Part shown: positions 27,005 to 37,835 of the stretch, piece after piece
Layout of the letters: each line of letters starts with the position of its first letter
Numbering within the stretch: the first letter of the stretch is position 1
NCBI GenBank assembly: GCA_036004525.1
Contig: DASYRJ010000017.1
Location: 3,853-67,852 of the forward strand
DNA: 64,000 nt
Reading direction: 5' to 3'
From: Gemmatimonadales bacterium
GTDB taxonomy: Bacteria > Gemmatimonadota > Gemmatimonadetes > Gemmatimonadales > GWC2-71-9
Notes under the pieces: model-generated
What the model was told of the DNA's origin: nothing
What the model saw: only the letters and a program-made list of their open reading frames with translations
Database searches by the model: none
Program-made: the position numbers and the translations under genes

Positions 27005-28139
27005 GGTCGGCGGCCACCCGATCCCAATTGTAGTACGTCTCCACGGCGCGGCGGCCGGCTGCACCGAGCCGCTGCCGCAGGCCGGCGTCGGCGAGGAGGG
27101 TGTTGATCCCGGCGGCGACCGCGTGCGGGTCGTCTGGGTCCACCAGGATCCCCGTCTCCCCCTCCCGCACCGCGTCGGGCACGCCCCCGGAGCGGCCGCC
27201 CACCACCGCCAGCCCGCAGGCCGACGCTTCGACGAGCGAGATCCCGAATCCTTCGACCAGCAGCTCGTGGCGCCGCGAGGCGCCGACGTAGAGATCCGCC
27301 GCGTTGTATACGGCGGGCAGGTCGGCGTCCGGAATCGCGCCGAGGAAACGCACGGCATCGGCGACTCCCATCTCGCGCGCCAGCCGCTCGAAGTGCGCTA
27401 GGCGGGGCCCGACGCCGGCGACGGCGTACCGCGCCGCCGGGTGCGCGGCGCGCACCGCGGGGAGCGCCTTGATCACGGTGTCGATCCCCTTGTGCCACTC
27501 GAGCCGCGCGACGGTGAGGAGCCACGGTCGCCCGCCGTCGAGTCCGTATCGCGCGCGCACCGCCCTCGCATCGACGCCCGGACGGAAATGGGTCGGTGTG
27601 GTGCCCAGCGGCACGACCTCGACCGGGACGTCGGGCCGGCCCAGGCCCTCGAGCACCGACCGCGCGAGGTCGCCGGTCCAGCGGCTGTTGGCGACGGCGA
27701 CCGCCGCGTGGCCAAGCAGGCTGCCGGCGGTGCGTCGCTTGAACAGGCTGCGCCGGCTTTTCTCCGCCAGGAGGAGGAGCTCGGTTCCATGCAGGATCAC
27801 GCCGTACGGAAGGCCGCGCCGGGCGCGGAGCCAGCGGGCGGGGTAGCCGGCCGGCTTGAGCTCGCCGCACCACACGAATCCCGGCCGCGACGCGCGGGCG
27901 AGCGCGCTCGCGCGCCAGGTCCACAGCGCCAGGCCGTGCAGGGTGCGGAGCCGCGTGGCGCGGATCCCGACGCGATCGATTTGTTGGGGGTAGCGCCCAT
28001 CCGACTCCGCGCTTCCGGCATGGGCGCCGGTCGAAACGACGAGGGAGCGCGGCGGGTAGCGCAGCGCCAGCTCGCTCATCATGCGGGCGATGCCGCCTCC
28101 GTGCGGGGGAAAGTTGAACGCTAGGAGGAGACTTGTGAT
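26952..28139 (-). CDS. GT4 glycosyltransferase (PimB-like); no canonical start nearby
   Basis: FPP..GGIA, ANS.WT, VARL..HKG, EGFGISLVEA; similarity to the upstream paralogue begins at ATC 28139. Confidence 0.8.
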   Translation of the reverse strand: MTSLLLAFNFPPHGGGIARMMSELALRYPPRSLVVSTGAHAGSAESDGRYPQQIDRVGIRATRLRTLHGLALWTWRASALARASRPGFVWCGELKPAGYPARWLRARRGLPYGVILHGTELLLLAEKSRRSLFKRRTAGSLLGHAAVAVANSRWTGDLARSVLEGLGRPDVPVEVVPLGTTPTHFRPGVDARAVRARYGLDGGRPWLLTVARLEWHKGIDTVIKALPAVRAAHPAARYAVAGVGPRLAHFERLAREMGVADAVRFLGAIPDADLPAVYNAADLYVGASRRHELLVEGFGISLVEASACGLAVVGGRSGGVPDAVREGETGILVDPDDPHAVAAGINTLLADAGLRQRLGAAGRRAVETYYNWDRVAADLIRIDAAFRSPAPSAAR

Positions 28140-29299
28140 TCGATGTCCCGCAGATCGCGGATGACGCGGTCCCAGTTGTAATACGTCTCGATCGCCTTGC
28201 GGCCGGCCTGGCCCAGCCGCCGGGCGAGCAGCTGGTCTTCGAGCAGGCGCTTGAGCGCGGCGACGACGGCCGCGGGATCGTCGGGGTCGACCACGAGCCC
28301 CGTTTCGCCGTCGTGCACCGCCTCGGCCAGTCCTCCCGACCGCCCCGCGATGACGGGCAGGCCGCAGGCGCTCGCTTCCGCCAGCGCGATCCCGAACCCC
28401 TCGACGCGCGTGCCGTCGGCGCGGCGCGAGACGCCCACGTACGCCGTCGCGGCGTTGAGCAGCGCGGGCAGATCCTGATCCGGCACGTTGCCGACGAACC
28501 GCACCGCGTTGGCGATGGCCAGATCCTCGGCGAGCTTCACGTACGCCGACCGTTTCTTCCCCGCTCCCACCACCAGGTAATTCACGTCCAGCCCGCCGCG
28601 GCGGCACTCCGCCACCGCCTTGAGGGCCGTGTCCACGCCTTTGTAGGTCTCGAGCCGCGCTACGGTGATGACCCAGGGATCGCCGTTCAACCGGTAGCGC
28701 GCCCGGACCTCCCGCGGGTCGAGCCCCGGCCGGAACTGCTCGGGGTCGGTGCCCAAAGGCACGAGCTTCACGTGCTCGGCGAGCGGATCGAGACCCAGCT
28801 CGCGCAGCACCTTTTGCGCCTGCTCGCGCGTCCACTGGCTGTTCGCGACCACGGACACCGCGGAGCCCAGGAGGGCCTTGGCGGTGCGGCGCGCGAAGCG
28901 GGAGTGATGGATGGCGTGCAGCTCCTTCAGGAGATCGCCGCCGTGGACGATGACCCCGTACTTCGTCCCCACGCGCTCGTGCATCCACTTCGCCGGGTAG
29001 GCGCAGGGCCGGATCGAGTCGCACCAGGCGAAGCGCGGCTTGTGCTGGCGTGCCAACGACGCCGCGCGACGGGACCAGAACAGCAGCCCGGCGAGGTTCT
29101 TCAGGGCGCGGGTGGGTATGGGGAGGCGATCGAGCGCGACGCCCGCGAACCGCACGTCGGAATCCTGGGAATCGCGGTGCTGACCGGTGGAGACGAGCAG
29201 TTCGCCGCGCGGATAGCGACGCGCGATCTCGCCCATCATCCGGGCGACGCCGGTCTGCATCGGCGGGAATTCGTCGGTCAACAGAAACGTCTTAGGCAT
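28121..29299 (-). CDS. GT4 glycosyltransferase (paralogue of the downstream gene)
   Basis: EFPP, ANSQWT, VARL..YKG, EGFGIALAEA. Confidence 0.9.
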   Translation of the reverse strand: MPKTFLLTDEFPPMQTGVARMMGEIARRYPRGELLVSTGQHRDSQDSDVRFAGVALDRLPIPTRALKNLAGLLFWSRRAASLARQHKPRFAWCDSIRPCAYPAKWMHERVGTKYGVIVHGGDLLKELHAIHHSRFARRTAKALLGSAVSVVANSQWTREQAQKVLRELGLDPLAEHVKLVPLGTDPEQFRPGLDPREVRARYRLNGDPWVITVARLETYKGVDTALKAVAECRRGGLDVNYLVVGAGKKRSAYVKLAEDLAIANAVRFVGNVPDQDLPALLNAATAYVGVSRRADGTRVEGFGIALAEASACGLPVIAGRSGGLAEAVHDGETGLVVDPDDPAAVVAALKRLLEDQLLARRLGQAGRKAIETYYNWDRVIRDLRDIESQVSS

Positions 29300-30044
29300 C
29301 GACCTTCTGCTGAAGCTCCCACAGGCGGGCGTACTTGAGGAAGACGCTGAGGGCCGCGAACCCGCACAGGAGGGCGCCGTGCCATCCGTCGAGCAGACCC
29401 AGCTGCAACACGTACATGCGGAAGAAGCGGGCGGGAGGCCGCAGCACCAGATCGGTCACGCGCGCCCGGCGGCCGCGGTCGGCCAGGTCGCGCGCCGCCC
29501 ACGCGGCGTAACGGTCCACCTTCTCGAGATGGTGCTCCAGATTGCGGTACGGCACGTGATCGAGCGGCGCGCGCAGCCGTCCCACGTCCGACTGCCGCTC
29601 GAGCGCCTCGTGCACGCGGCGCTCGACGAACCGGCTGGTCCGCTTGAACACGCGCACCACCCAGTCGCTGCCCCAGCCGGCGTGCGTGATCGCCCGCCCC
29701 AGATAGACGTTGCGCCGCCGGGCGGCGTACGCCTCGTGCGCCGGCGCCGCGACGACCGCCGCGATCTCGCGCGCCAGCTCCGGCGCCACGCGCTCGTCGG
29801 CGTCGAGGGCAAGCACCCACTCGTGCCGCGCGGCGGCGATCGCAGCGTTGCGCTGGGCCGCGATCGTGGCCCAATCACCGGTCAGCACCCGCGCCCCGGC
29901 CGTGCGCGCCCGCTCGGGCGTGCCGTCGATCGAGCCGCCGTCCGCCACGAGGACCTCGTCCGCCCACGCGACTCCGCGCACGCACTCGGCGATCTGGCTC
30001 GCTTCGTTGAGCGTGGGGATGACGACGGTGAGCGGCGCGGGCAT
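29292..30044 (-). CDS. GT2 glycosyltransferase (WaaE/KdtX-like LPS core)
   Basis: VVIPTLNE, DGGS.DGT, QRN.A, LDADE, VHE. Confidence 0.88.
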   Translation of the reverse strand: MPAPLTVVIPTLNEASQIAECVRGVAWADEVLVADGGSIDGTPERARTAGARVLTGDWATIAAQRNAAIAAARHEWVLALDADERVAPELAREIAAVVAAPAHEAYAARRRNVYLGRAITHAGWGSDWVVRVFKRTSRFVERRVHEALERQSDVGRLRAPLDHVPYRNLEHHLEKVDRYAAWAARDLADRGRRARVTDLVLRPPARFFRMYVLQLGLLDGWHGALLCGFAALSVFLKYARLWELQQKVDA

Positions 30045-30055
30045 TGTTCCCAATG

Positions 30056-31168
30056 TTAACGGGAACGTTCCCCGCCGAGCAATCGCCGCCGCTCCACCGC
30101 CTCCCGGTACACCGCCTCGGTCCGCTCCGCGGTCCGCTCCAGGGTGAAGTCCCGGCGTACCAGCTCCCGCCCCGCCCGCCCGATCCGCGCGCGGAAGGCG
30201 CCGTCGCTGAGCACGCGGTCGAGCGCCCGCGCCCACGCGGCGGGATCGAGCGGCGGCACGAGCAGGCCCGTCTCGCCCGACGTCACGAGGTCGGGGTTCC
30301 CGCCCGCCTCGGACGCAATCACCGGCAGGCCGAGGGCCATGGCCTCGAGCAGCGCCTGCGAGAGTCCCTCGATGCGCGACGGCAGAGCGGCGGCGCTGGC
30401 GAGGCGGTAGAACGCGAGCGGGCGCTCGGTGAAGGGCACGAAGGCAGCGACGTGGCGGCCGGGGAGGGCATCCCGCAACGCGGTCAGGTCGCGGTCGGGC
30501 TCGATGCCGACGAACGCCACCGCCACCGGCCGCCGGATGATCGGCAGGGCACGCAGCACGACGTCCTGATCCTTGCGCCGCGCGACCACGACGACGAGGG
30601 GGCGTCCGTCGAGCGCGCCGAGCGCGCTGCGGGCGGCCGCGAGATCGAGCTCCGACGGCTCGGCGTCCACGCGCTCGACGTCGATGCCGTTCGGCACGAC
30701 GCGCAGGCGGGCGGCCGGGTGCAGCCGCCGGCGCAGCGCCCGCGCCACGGCGGCGCTGACGGCGATCGTGCGGTCGGCCGTGTGGCCCACGGCGACCAGC
30801 TCGACCGGCGATGTGAGCGGCATCGTGCGGCGCGTGACCACGAGGGGCTGCGGCAGCTGCCCACTCCAGCGCAGCCATACGAGCGCCCGGCGGTCCCGGG
30901 TCGCGTGGCTGTTGACGACGTCGACACCCCGGCGTGAGATCGCGTCCGCGAGCGCCGCGGCGAGCGGCCGCACGCGGCGAAAGTCGAGCGGCAGGTGCTC
31001 CAGCCGCGCCTCCGCGCTCAATCGGGCCAGCAGCGTCCCGGCGGGGCAGCCCACGATCACGCGGTGGCCGCGACGCGCCAGGTGCAGGCTGAGACTGAAG
31101 ATGGACTGTGTGGAGCCGGCGCCCTGGCCCTGATGCGTAAGCTGCAGGATCGTGAGCGGAGGCGTCAT
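30056..31168 (-). CDS. GT4 glycosyltransferase
   Basis: AVS..V, VVPNGID, PS..EGLSQALLEAMA. Confidence 0.88.
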   Translation of the reverse strand: MTPPLTILQLTHQGQGAGSTQSIFSLSLHLARRGHRVIVGCPAGTLLARLSAEARLEHLPLDFRRVRPLAAALADAISRRGVDVVNSHATRDRRALVWLRWSGQLPQPLVVTRRTMPLTSPVELVAVGHTADRTIAVSAAVARALRRRLHPAARLRVVPNGIDVERVDAEPSELDLAAARSALGALDGRPLVVVVARRKDQDVVLRALPIIRRPVAVAFVGIEPDRDLTALRDALPGRHVAAFVPFTERPLAFYRLASAAALPSRIEGLSQALLEAMALGLPVIASEAGGNPDLVTSGETGLLVPPLDPAAWARALDRVLSDGAFRARIGRAGRELVRRDFTLERTAERTEAVYREAVERRRLLGGERSR

Positions 31169-31197
31169 GTCCCGAAGCTAGTTATACTGGTGCGCCC

Positions 31198-32148
31198 ATG
31201 CACGTCGTGGTCGCATCGCACCACCGACTGCCGGTCGAGGGCTACGGCGGCACGCAGCGCGTCGTGGTTGCGTTGGTTCGCGCGCTCGCGGCGCTCGGCC
31301 ACCGCGTGACGCTGCTCGCGCAGCCGGGCTCGCGGGTCGGCGAAGCCGCCAAAGTCGTCGAGGTGCCGCCGAAGGTCCTGAAGGATCCCGGCGCCGACCT
31401 GACGCCGTTCCTCCCTCCGGGCGCCGACGTCGTCCACGCGCACTTTCCTCTGAAGCAGGGACCTCCGGGACGGCCGTTCGTGCAGACGCTCCACGGCAAC
31501 GTGAAGCCCGGCGTAGCCCTCCCGCCCCACACGATCTTCCTCTCCCGCGACCATGCCAAACGGCACCACAGCGCCGCGTTCGTGTACAACGGGCTCGACC
31601 CGGCCGAGTTCATCTTCCGCCGCCGCAAGGAGCAGTGGGATTTGTTCCTGGGCCGGCTGCACAGCGCCAAGGGGTACCATTGGGCGATCGAGGCGGCGAA
31701 GCGCACCGGCCGGCGCCTGATCGTGGCGGGCGGCTGGCGGCCCAGTTTCACCGGCGCGGTCAAGTACGTGGGTGAGGTGGACGGCAACCGCAAGGCGGTG
31801 CTGCTGGCGCGGGCCCGCTGTCTCTGGATGCCGGCGCTGTGGGACGAGCCCTTCGGCCTTACGACCATCGAGGCCCTGTTCTCAGGAACACCCGTGCTGG
31901 GGACACATCGGGGAGCGCTGCCCGAGATCGTGACGTCCGAGGTGGGCGCGCTGTGCGACACGCTCGACGAGATCCTCGCCGCCGCCGAGACGATCGGCAT
32001 CCGCTCCCCTGACGCCTGCCGCGCTCACGCGGAGCGCTACTTCACGCACCTGGCGATGGCGGAAGAGTACGTGCGGATGTACCAGGGCATGATAGACACG
32101 GGCAAGCTTCCCGCCGGGCGCCCGACGCCTTACGCCTCCCGCCCCTAG
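31198..32148 (+). CDS. GT4 glycosyltransferase (divergently transcribed)
   Basis: YGGTQRVV, VYNGLD, LFLGR...KG, EPFGL..IEA. Confidence 0.85.
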   Translation: MHVVVASHHRLPVEGYGGTQRVVVALVRALAALGHRVTLLAQPGSRVGEAAKVVEVPPKVLKDPGADLTPFLPPGADVVHAHFPLKQGPPGRPFVQTLHGNVKPGVALPPHTIFLSRDHAKRHHSAAFVYNGLDPAEFIFRRRKEQWDLFLGRLHSAKGYHWAIEAAKRTGRRLIVAGGWRPSFTGAVKYVGEVDGNRKAVLLARARCLWMPALWDEPFGLTTIEALFSGTPVLGTHRGALPEIVTSEVGALCDTLDEILAAAETIGIRSPDACRAHAERYFTHLAMAEEYVRMYQGMIDTGKLPAGRPTPYASRP

Positions 32149-33014
32149 ATCACCTCGTAATTCCGGAACTCGAACACCCGCGCTCCCGTCAGCCGCTCGA
32201 TCCAGTCCGAGACGTAGAACCGGAGGTGCTCGAGCTTGAAGCGGCGCGGTCCGATCACCCGGTCGGGATCGTGCACCCGCGGCGCCAGCCAGTCGCGCGC
32301 GGCGCGCGGATGGTCGCCCGCGAAGGGCCGCAGCAGCGGGATCCACTCCAGGTAGCCGCGCTTCAGCTCCTCCTCGATGCGTTTCCTCCCCCACGGGTAG
32401 ATCGTCTTGGAGATCTCGAGCTTCTGCCTGATCGCCTTCGCGGGGCGGGCCCAGCCGTAGTGGAACATCTCGGCGTCGGTCACCCGGGCGCGGATCTTCC
32501 GGTAGCGCGGGCCGACGCGGAACCCCTGCGCCCCCTGGTAGGGACGGATGTCGCGGTCCCTGCCGAGTCGCACGCACCGCACCTCGCGCCGGTACCAGCG
32601 CCGGCTGGTCGCGACGGTGTCGAACCCGCCGTAGAAGTGCACGTACTTGACGAGCAACCCCTCCACGCGGTCGTCCCGGTCCCACTCGGCCACCTTCTCC
32701 TTCAGGAGACGCGCCCCGGTCTCGTGCAGCACCTCGTCGGCCTGGATGTAGATCCCCCACGCGCCCCGGCAGGCGTCCATCGCCCGCTGCGTCTCGATCG
32801 AGAGCATCAGGTTGCGCTTGGTGAAGTCCCACTCGGTGTCGAGGATGTGGATGCGCGGATCGCCGATCGACGCCACGACGTCGCGCGTCTCGTCTTCGGA
32901 CTTGCCCACGTTCACGACGACTTCGTCGCATACCTCGAGGACCGACCGGATCGCCGCTACGATGGGGAAGTCGAGCTTGACGGCGTTGCGCACGATGGTG
33001 AAGCCCGACAGCAT
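32145..33014 (-). CDS. GT2-like glycosyltransferase
   Basis: SGFTIVRNA..LDFP, YIQADE, HFYG, HYGW. Confidence 0.8.
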   Translation of the reverse strand: MLSGFTIVRNAVKLDFPIVAAIRSVLEVCDEVVVNVGKSEDETRDVVASIGDPRIHILDTEWDFTKRNLMLSIETQRAMDACRGAWGIYIQADEVLHETGARLLKEKVAEWDRDDRVEGLLVKYVHFYGGFDTVATSRRWYRREVRCVRLGRDRDIRPYQGAQGFRVGPRYRKIRARVTDAEMFHYGWARPAKAIRQKLEISKTIYPWGRKRIEEELKRGYLEWIPLLRPFAGDHPRAARDWLAPRVHDPDRVIGPRRFKLEHLRFYVSDWIERLTGARVFEFRNYEVI

Positions 33015-33015
33015 C

Positions 33016-34833
<1,818 letters not shown>

Positions 34834-34834
34834 T

Positions 34835-36439
34835 TCAGCGACTGCCTCCGGTCTTCCCGGCGCCGCTGCGCGGGGTCAGCAGGGCGACCGGCAGGATCAT
34901 CTCTTCCGGCGTGGCGCCGCCGTGCAGGAACGACCCGCGGTAGCGGGCCTGGTACTCGCGCAGCTTGGTCGGGTAGACGAAGAAGCGGTCGGCGGTGGCG
35001 AGCAACAGCCGCACGCCCAGGGCCATCCCGGGCAGCCCGAACGCCTTCAGGTCCTCCACCGTGATGGCGGCTTCCGGGTCCTCCGCCCGCAGATCCTCGC
35101 CGAACTTGTAGCGCAGGTTGGCGGTGGCGTCGCGCTTGGCGAACACCGTCGCCGGCGTCTCGCAGTGGATCGAGCCGTGGTCGGTGGTGAGCAGCACCGT
35201 CACGCCGCGCCGCTCCGCCTCCTCGAGCGCCGCGAGCACGGGCGAGCGCTCGAACCAGGTGCGCGTCAAGCCGCGCAGCGCGTCGGCGTCGCGCGCCACC
35301 TCGTACAGGATCGCGTTCTCCGACCGGCCGTGCGTCAACTGGTCGATGAAGTTGAACACCAGCGCCGTCACGCCGTCCTGGGCGAGGTGCGCCGGGAGGC
35401 GCCGCAGCAGGTCCGCCCCGTCGGCGGCGGTGAACAACTTCTCGTAGCGCACCGGCACCGGCTTGCCCACCAGCTCCTGGAGCTGCTCCATGAGCAACGC
35501 CGGCTCGTGCGCGTTGAGGCTTTCGTCGTCGGCCGGCGCACCCCACCACTCAGGGTGGCGCGCCGCGATCTCCATCGGGAACATGCCGCTGAAGATGGCG
35601 TTCCGGGAAAACGGCGTGGCGGTGGGCAGGATGCTGTAGTAGTGCGACTCCTCCACGTCGAACAGCGGGGTGATCAAGTCGCGCAGCACCTCCCACTGGT
35701 CGAGGCGCAGGCAATCGATCAGGACGAACAGCACCCGGCCGGTGCGCTTCAGCGCCGGCACGAGGAACTCGGCGCCCACATCCACCGAGAGCGGCGGCCG
35801 GTCCCCCTCCGGCTCGGCGAGCCAGCGCGGGTAATGCTTCGTGATGAACGCCGCGAAGTCCTTGCGCAGGCTCTCCTGCAGGTTGCGCAACGCCTCCGAC
35901 AGTCCCGGCTCATCCGCGGCGCCGAGCCGCACCTCCCAGCGCGAAAGCTCGACCACCAGCTCGATCCACTCGCGCCACGCGAGGCCCCCCCCCCCGCCGC
36001 CGACGCGGCGCCCCTCGAGCTCGCGGAACCGCGTGACGAAGTCGCGCGCCAACCGCTGCTGGCGGATGCGGTCGCCTTCGAGCAGCCGGGTCACCACCGA
36101 CAGGATCTGGCGCGAGTGGACCGGCTTCACGAGGTAGTCGTCCACCTTGATGCCGATCGCCTCGCGCAACAGCCCGTCGTCCTCGCTCTGGGTGACCATC
36201 ACGACCGGCATGGCGGGATCGATGGCGCGGATTTCGGGGATGAGGTCGAGCCCGCGGCGGCCGGGCATCTGCTCGTCGAGCAGCACGACGCTGTACGGCT
36301 GGCGCCGCAGCAGGGCGAGCGCATCGTCCCCGTGGGCCGCCTGCTCGACCGCGAAGCCCTGCCCCTCGAGGAACTTGCGGTGCGCCGCGAGGCCCTCGAC
36401 TTCGTCGTCGACCCAGAGAATGCTCTTCGGACGGGGCAT
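34835..36439 (-). CDS. PorX-like response regulator (REC + PglZ/alkaline-phosphatase domain)
   Basis: LWVDDE, LLDEQMPG, DYLVKP; then IDCLR.DQW, SILPTATP.SRNAIF, TTDHG, HGG...EEM. Confidence 0.85.
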   Translation of the reverse strand: MPRPKSILWVDDEVEGLAAHRKFLEGQGFAVEQAAHGDDALALLRRQPYSVVLLDEQMPGRRGLDLIPEIRAIDPAMPVVMVTQSEDDGLLREAIGIKVDDYLVKPVHSRQILSVVTRLLEGDRIRQQRLARDFVTRFRELEGRRVGGGGGGLAWREWIELVVELSRWEVRLGAADEPGLSEALRNLQESLRKDFAAFITKHYPRWLAEPEGDRPPLSVDVGAEFLVPALKRTGRVLFVLIDCLRLDQWEVLRDLITPLFDVEESHYYSILPTATPFSRNAIFSGMFPMEIAARHPEWWGAPADDESLNAHEPALLMEQLQELVGKPVPVRYEKLFTAADGADLLRRLPAHLAQDGVTALVFNFIDQLTHGRSENAILYEVARDADALRGLTRTWFERSPVLAALEEAERRGVTVLLTTDHGSIHCETPATVFAKRDATANLRYKFGEDLRAEDPEAAITVEDLKAFGLPGMALGVRLLLATADRFFVYPTKLREYQARYRGSFLHGGATPEEMILPVALLTPRSGAGKTGGSR

Positions 36440-36468
36440 ACTGCGGCAAAAGCTAGTACATTGGCCGC

Positions 36469-37458
36469 GTGTTGCGCATCCTCCTCGTGCGTTTCAGCTC
36501 GATCGGCGACATCCTCCTGACCACCCCGCTCGTCCGGGCGCTGAAGCGCCGCCACGAGGATGCCCAAGTCATCTACGTCACGAAGCGGGCCATGGCGCCC
36601 CTCGTGGCCGACAACCCGCACCTGGCCGAAGTCGTCGCGCTCGAGCCCGACGAGCCGATCGCGCACCTGGCGCGCCGCCTCCGCGCCCTCCACCCGACGC
36701 ACGGGCTCGACCTGCACGGCAGCCTGCGCAGCGCGGCGCTGCGGCTGCTGGTGCGGTGCCGCTGGTCGGGGTACGCGAAGCGCAAGCTAGCCCGCTCGGT
36801 CCTCATCAACACGAAGCTCGACCTGTACCGCGGCCGGGTGCCGGTGGCGGAGCGCTACTTCGAGGCGGCGCGGCGGCTCGACGTGCGGCCCGACGGCGCC
36901 CCCCCGGAGTTTTTCCTGGGCGCGGCGGCGCGGGAGCGCGTCGCCCGGTGGCTCGCGGAACGGGGGCTCGATACGGGGCCGCTCGCCGCGCTGGCGCCCG
37001 GCGCGGCGCACGCCACCAAGCGCTGGCCGGTCACGCATTGGCAGGCGCTCGCCGAGCGGCTCCGCGCCGCCGGCTTCCGCGTCGTGGCGCTGGGAGGGCC
37101 CGAGGACCGCGGCGCGGCCCGCCAGCTGGGCCCGCCCGTCGAGAGCGCCGCGGGGGAGTTCACGTTGCAGGAGACCGGCGCCTGCCTCGCGCGCGCGCGG
37201 GTGCTCGTCTCGGGCGACACGGGGGTGATGCACATGGCGACGGGCGTCGGCACGCCTGTGGTCGCGTTGTTCGGGCCCACCGTCGAGGCGTTCGGGTTCT
37301 TTCCCTACCGGGCGCGCACCGCCGTGCTGCAGCAGGACCTCGCCTGCCGCCCGTGTTCGGCGTCGGGGACGGCGCGCTGTCCGCTGGGGCACCACCGCTG
37401 CCTCGTAGACCTGCTCCCCGACGCGGTCGCCGCCGCCGTGGAGCGGCTCGTCGCATGA
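36469..37458 (+). CDS. GT9 ADP-heptose:LPS heptosyltransferase (WaaF-like)
   Basis: RFSSIGD, PGA...TKRWP, GDTG.MH.A, LFGPT. Confidence 0.88.
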   Translation: MLRILLVRFSSIGDILLTTPLVRALKRRHEDAQVIYVTKRAMAPLVADNPHLAEVVALEPDEPIAHLARRLRALHPTHGLDLHGSLRSAALRLLVRCRWSGYAKRKLARSVLINTKLDLYRGRVPVAERYFEAARRLDVRPDGAPPEFFLGAAARERVARWLAERGLDTGPLAALAPGAAHATKRWPVTHWQALAERLRAAGFRVVALGGPEDRGAARQLGPPVESAAGEFTLQETGACLARARVLVSGDTGVMHMATGVGTPVVALFGPTVEAFGFFPYRARTAVLQQDLACRPCSASGTARCPLGHHRCLVDLLPDAVAAAVERLVA

Positions 37459-37832
37459 TCCAGACGACCACGCCCGCCGAGGAGCGCCTCGTGGCGCTGA
37501 TCGCGGAAGCGGAGCGCGGCCCAAAACGGGACGGGCTCTTCGCCCTGTGGCTGGTGGTGCGCGCCGCGGAGGCGCTGCTGCCCCCGGCGCCGGTGAGCCG
37601 CAAGAACCATCAGCGCCGCCTGCAGGCGCTCGAGACCCGGCTGGGGGGCCTCGCCCTGCCGGCGCCGCTCAAGCGCGCGCTCACCGCGGCGCGCCACCAC
37701 CTCCAAGCCGCGTCGGCGCGCGCGGCGGCGATGGTGCTGAGCCAGCTCGTCGCGCCGGCCCGCGACGTGCTGGGGACGGACGCAGCGGAGGCCGTGGGCG
37801 TTGCCGCCCGCGCGGCCCGCGTACATTTATAA
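37455..37832 (+). CDS. Hypothetical alanine-rich helical protein
   Basis: ATGA coupling to the GT9 gene; native codon usage; fills the gap to the next gene. Confidence 0.6.
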   Translation: MIQTTTPAEERLVALIAEAERGPKRDGLFALWLVVRAAEALLPPAPVSRKNHQRRLQALETRLGGLALPAPLKRALTAARHHLQAASARAAAMVLSQLVAPARDVLGTDAAEAVGVAARAARVHL

Positions 37833-37835
37833 GCC

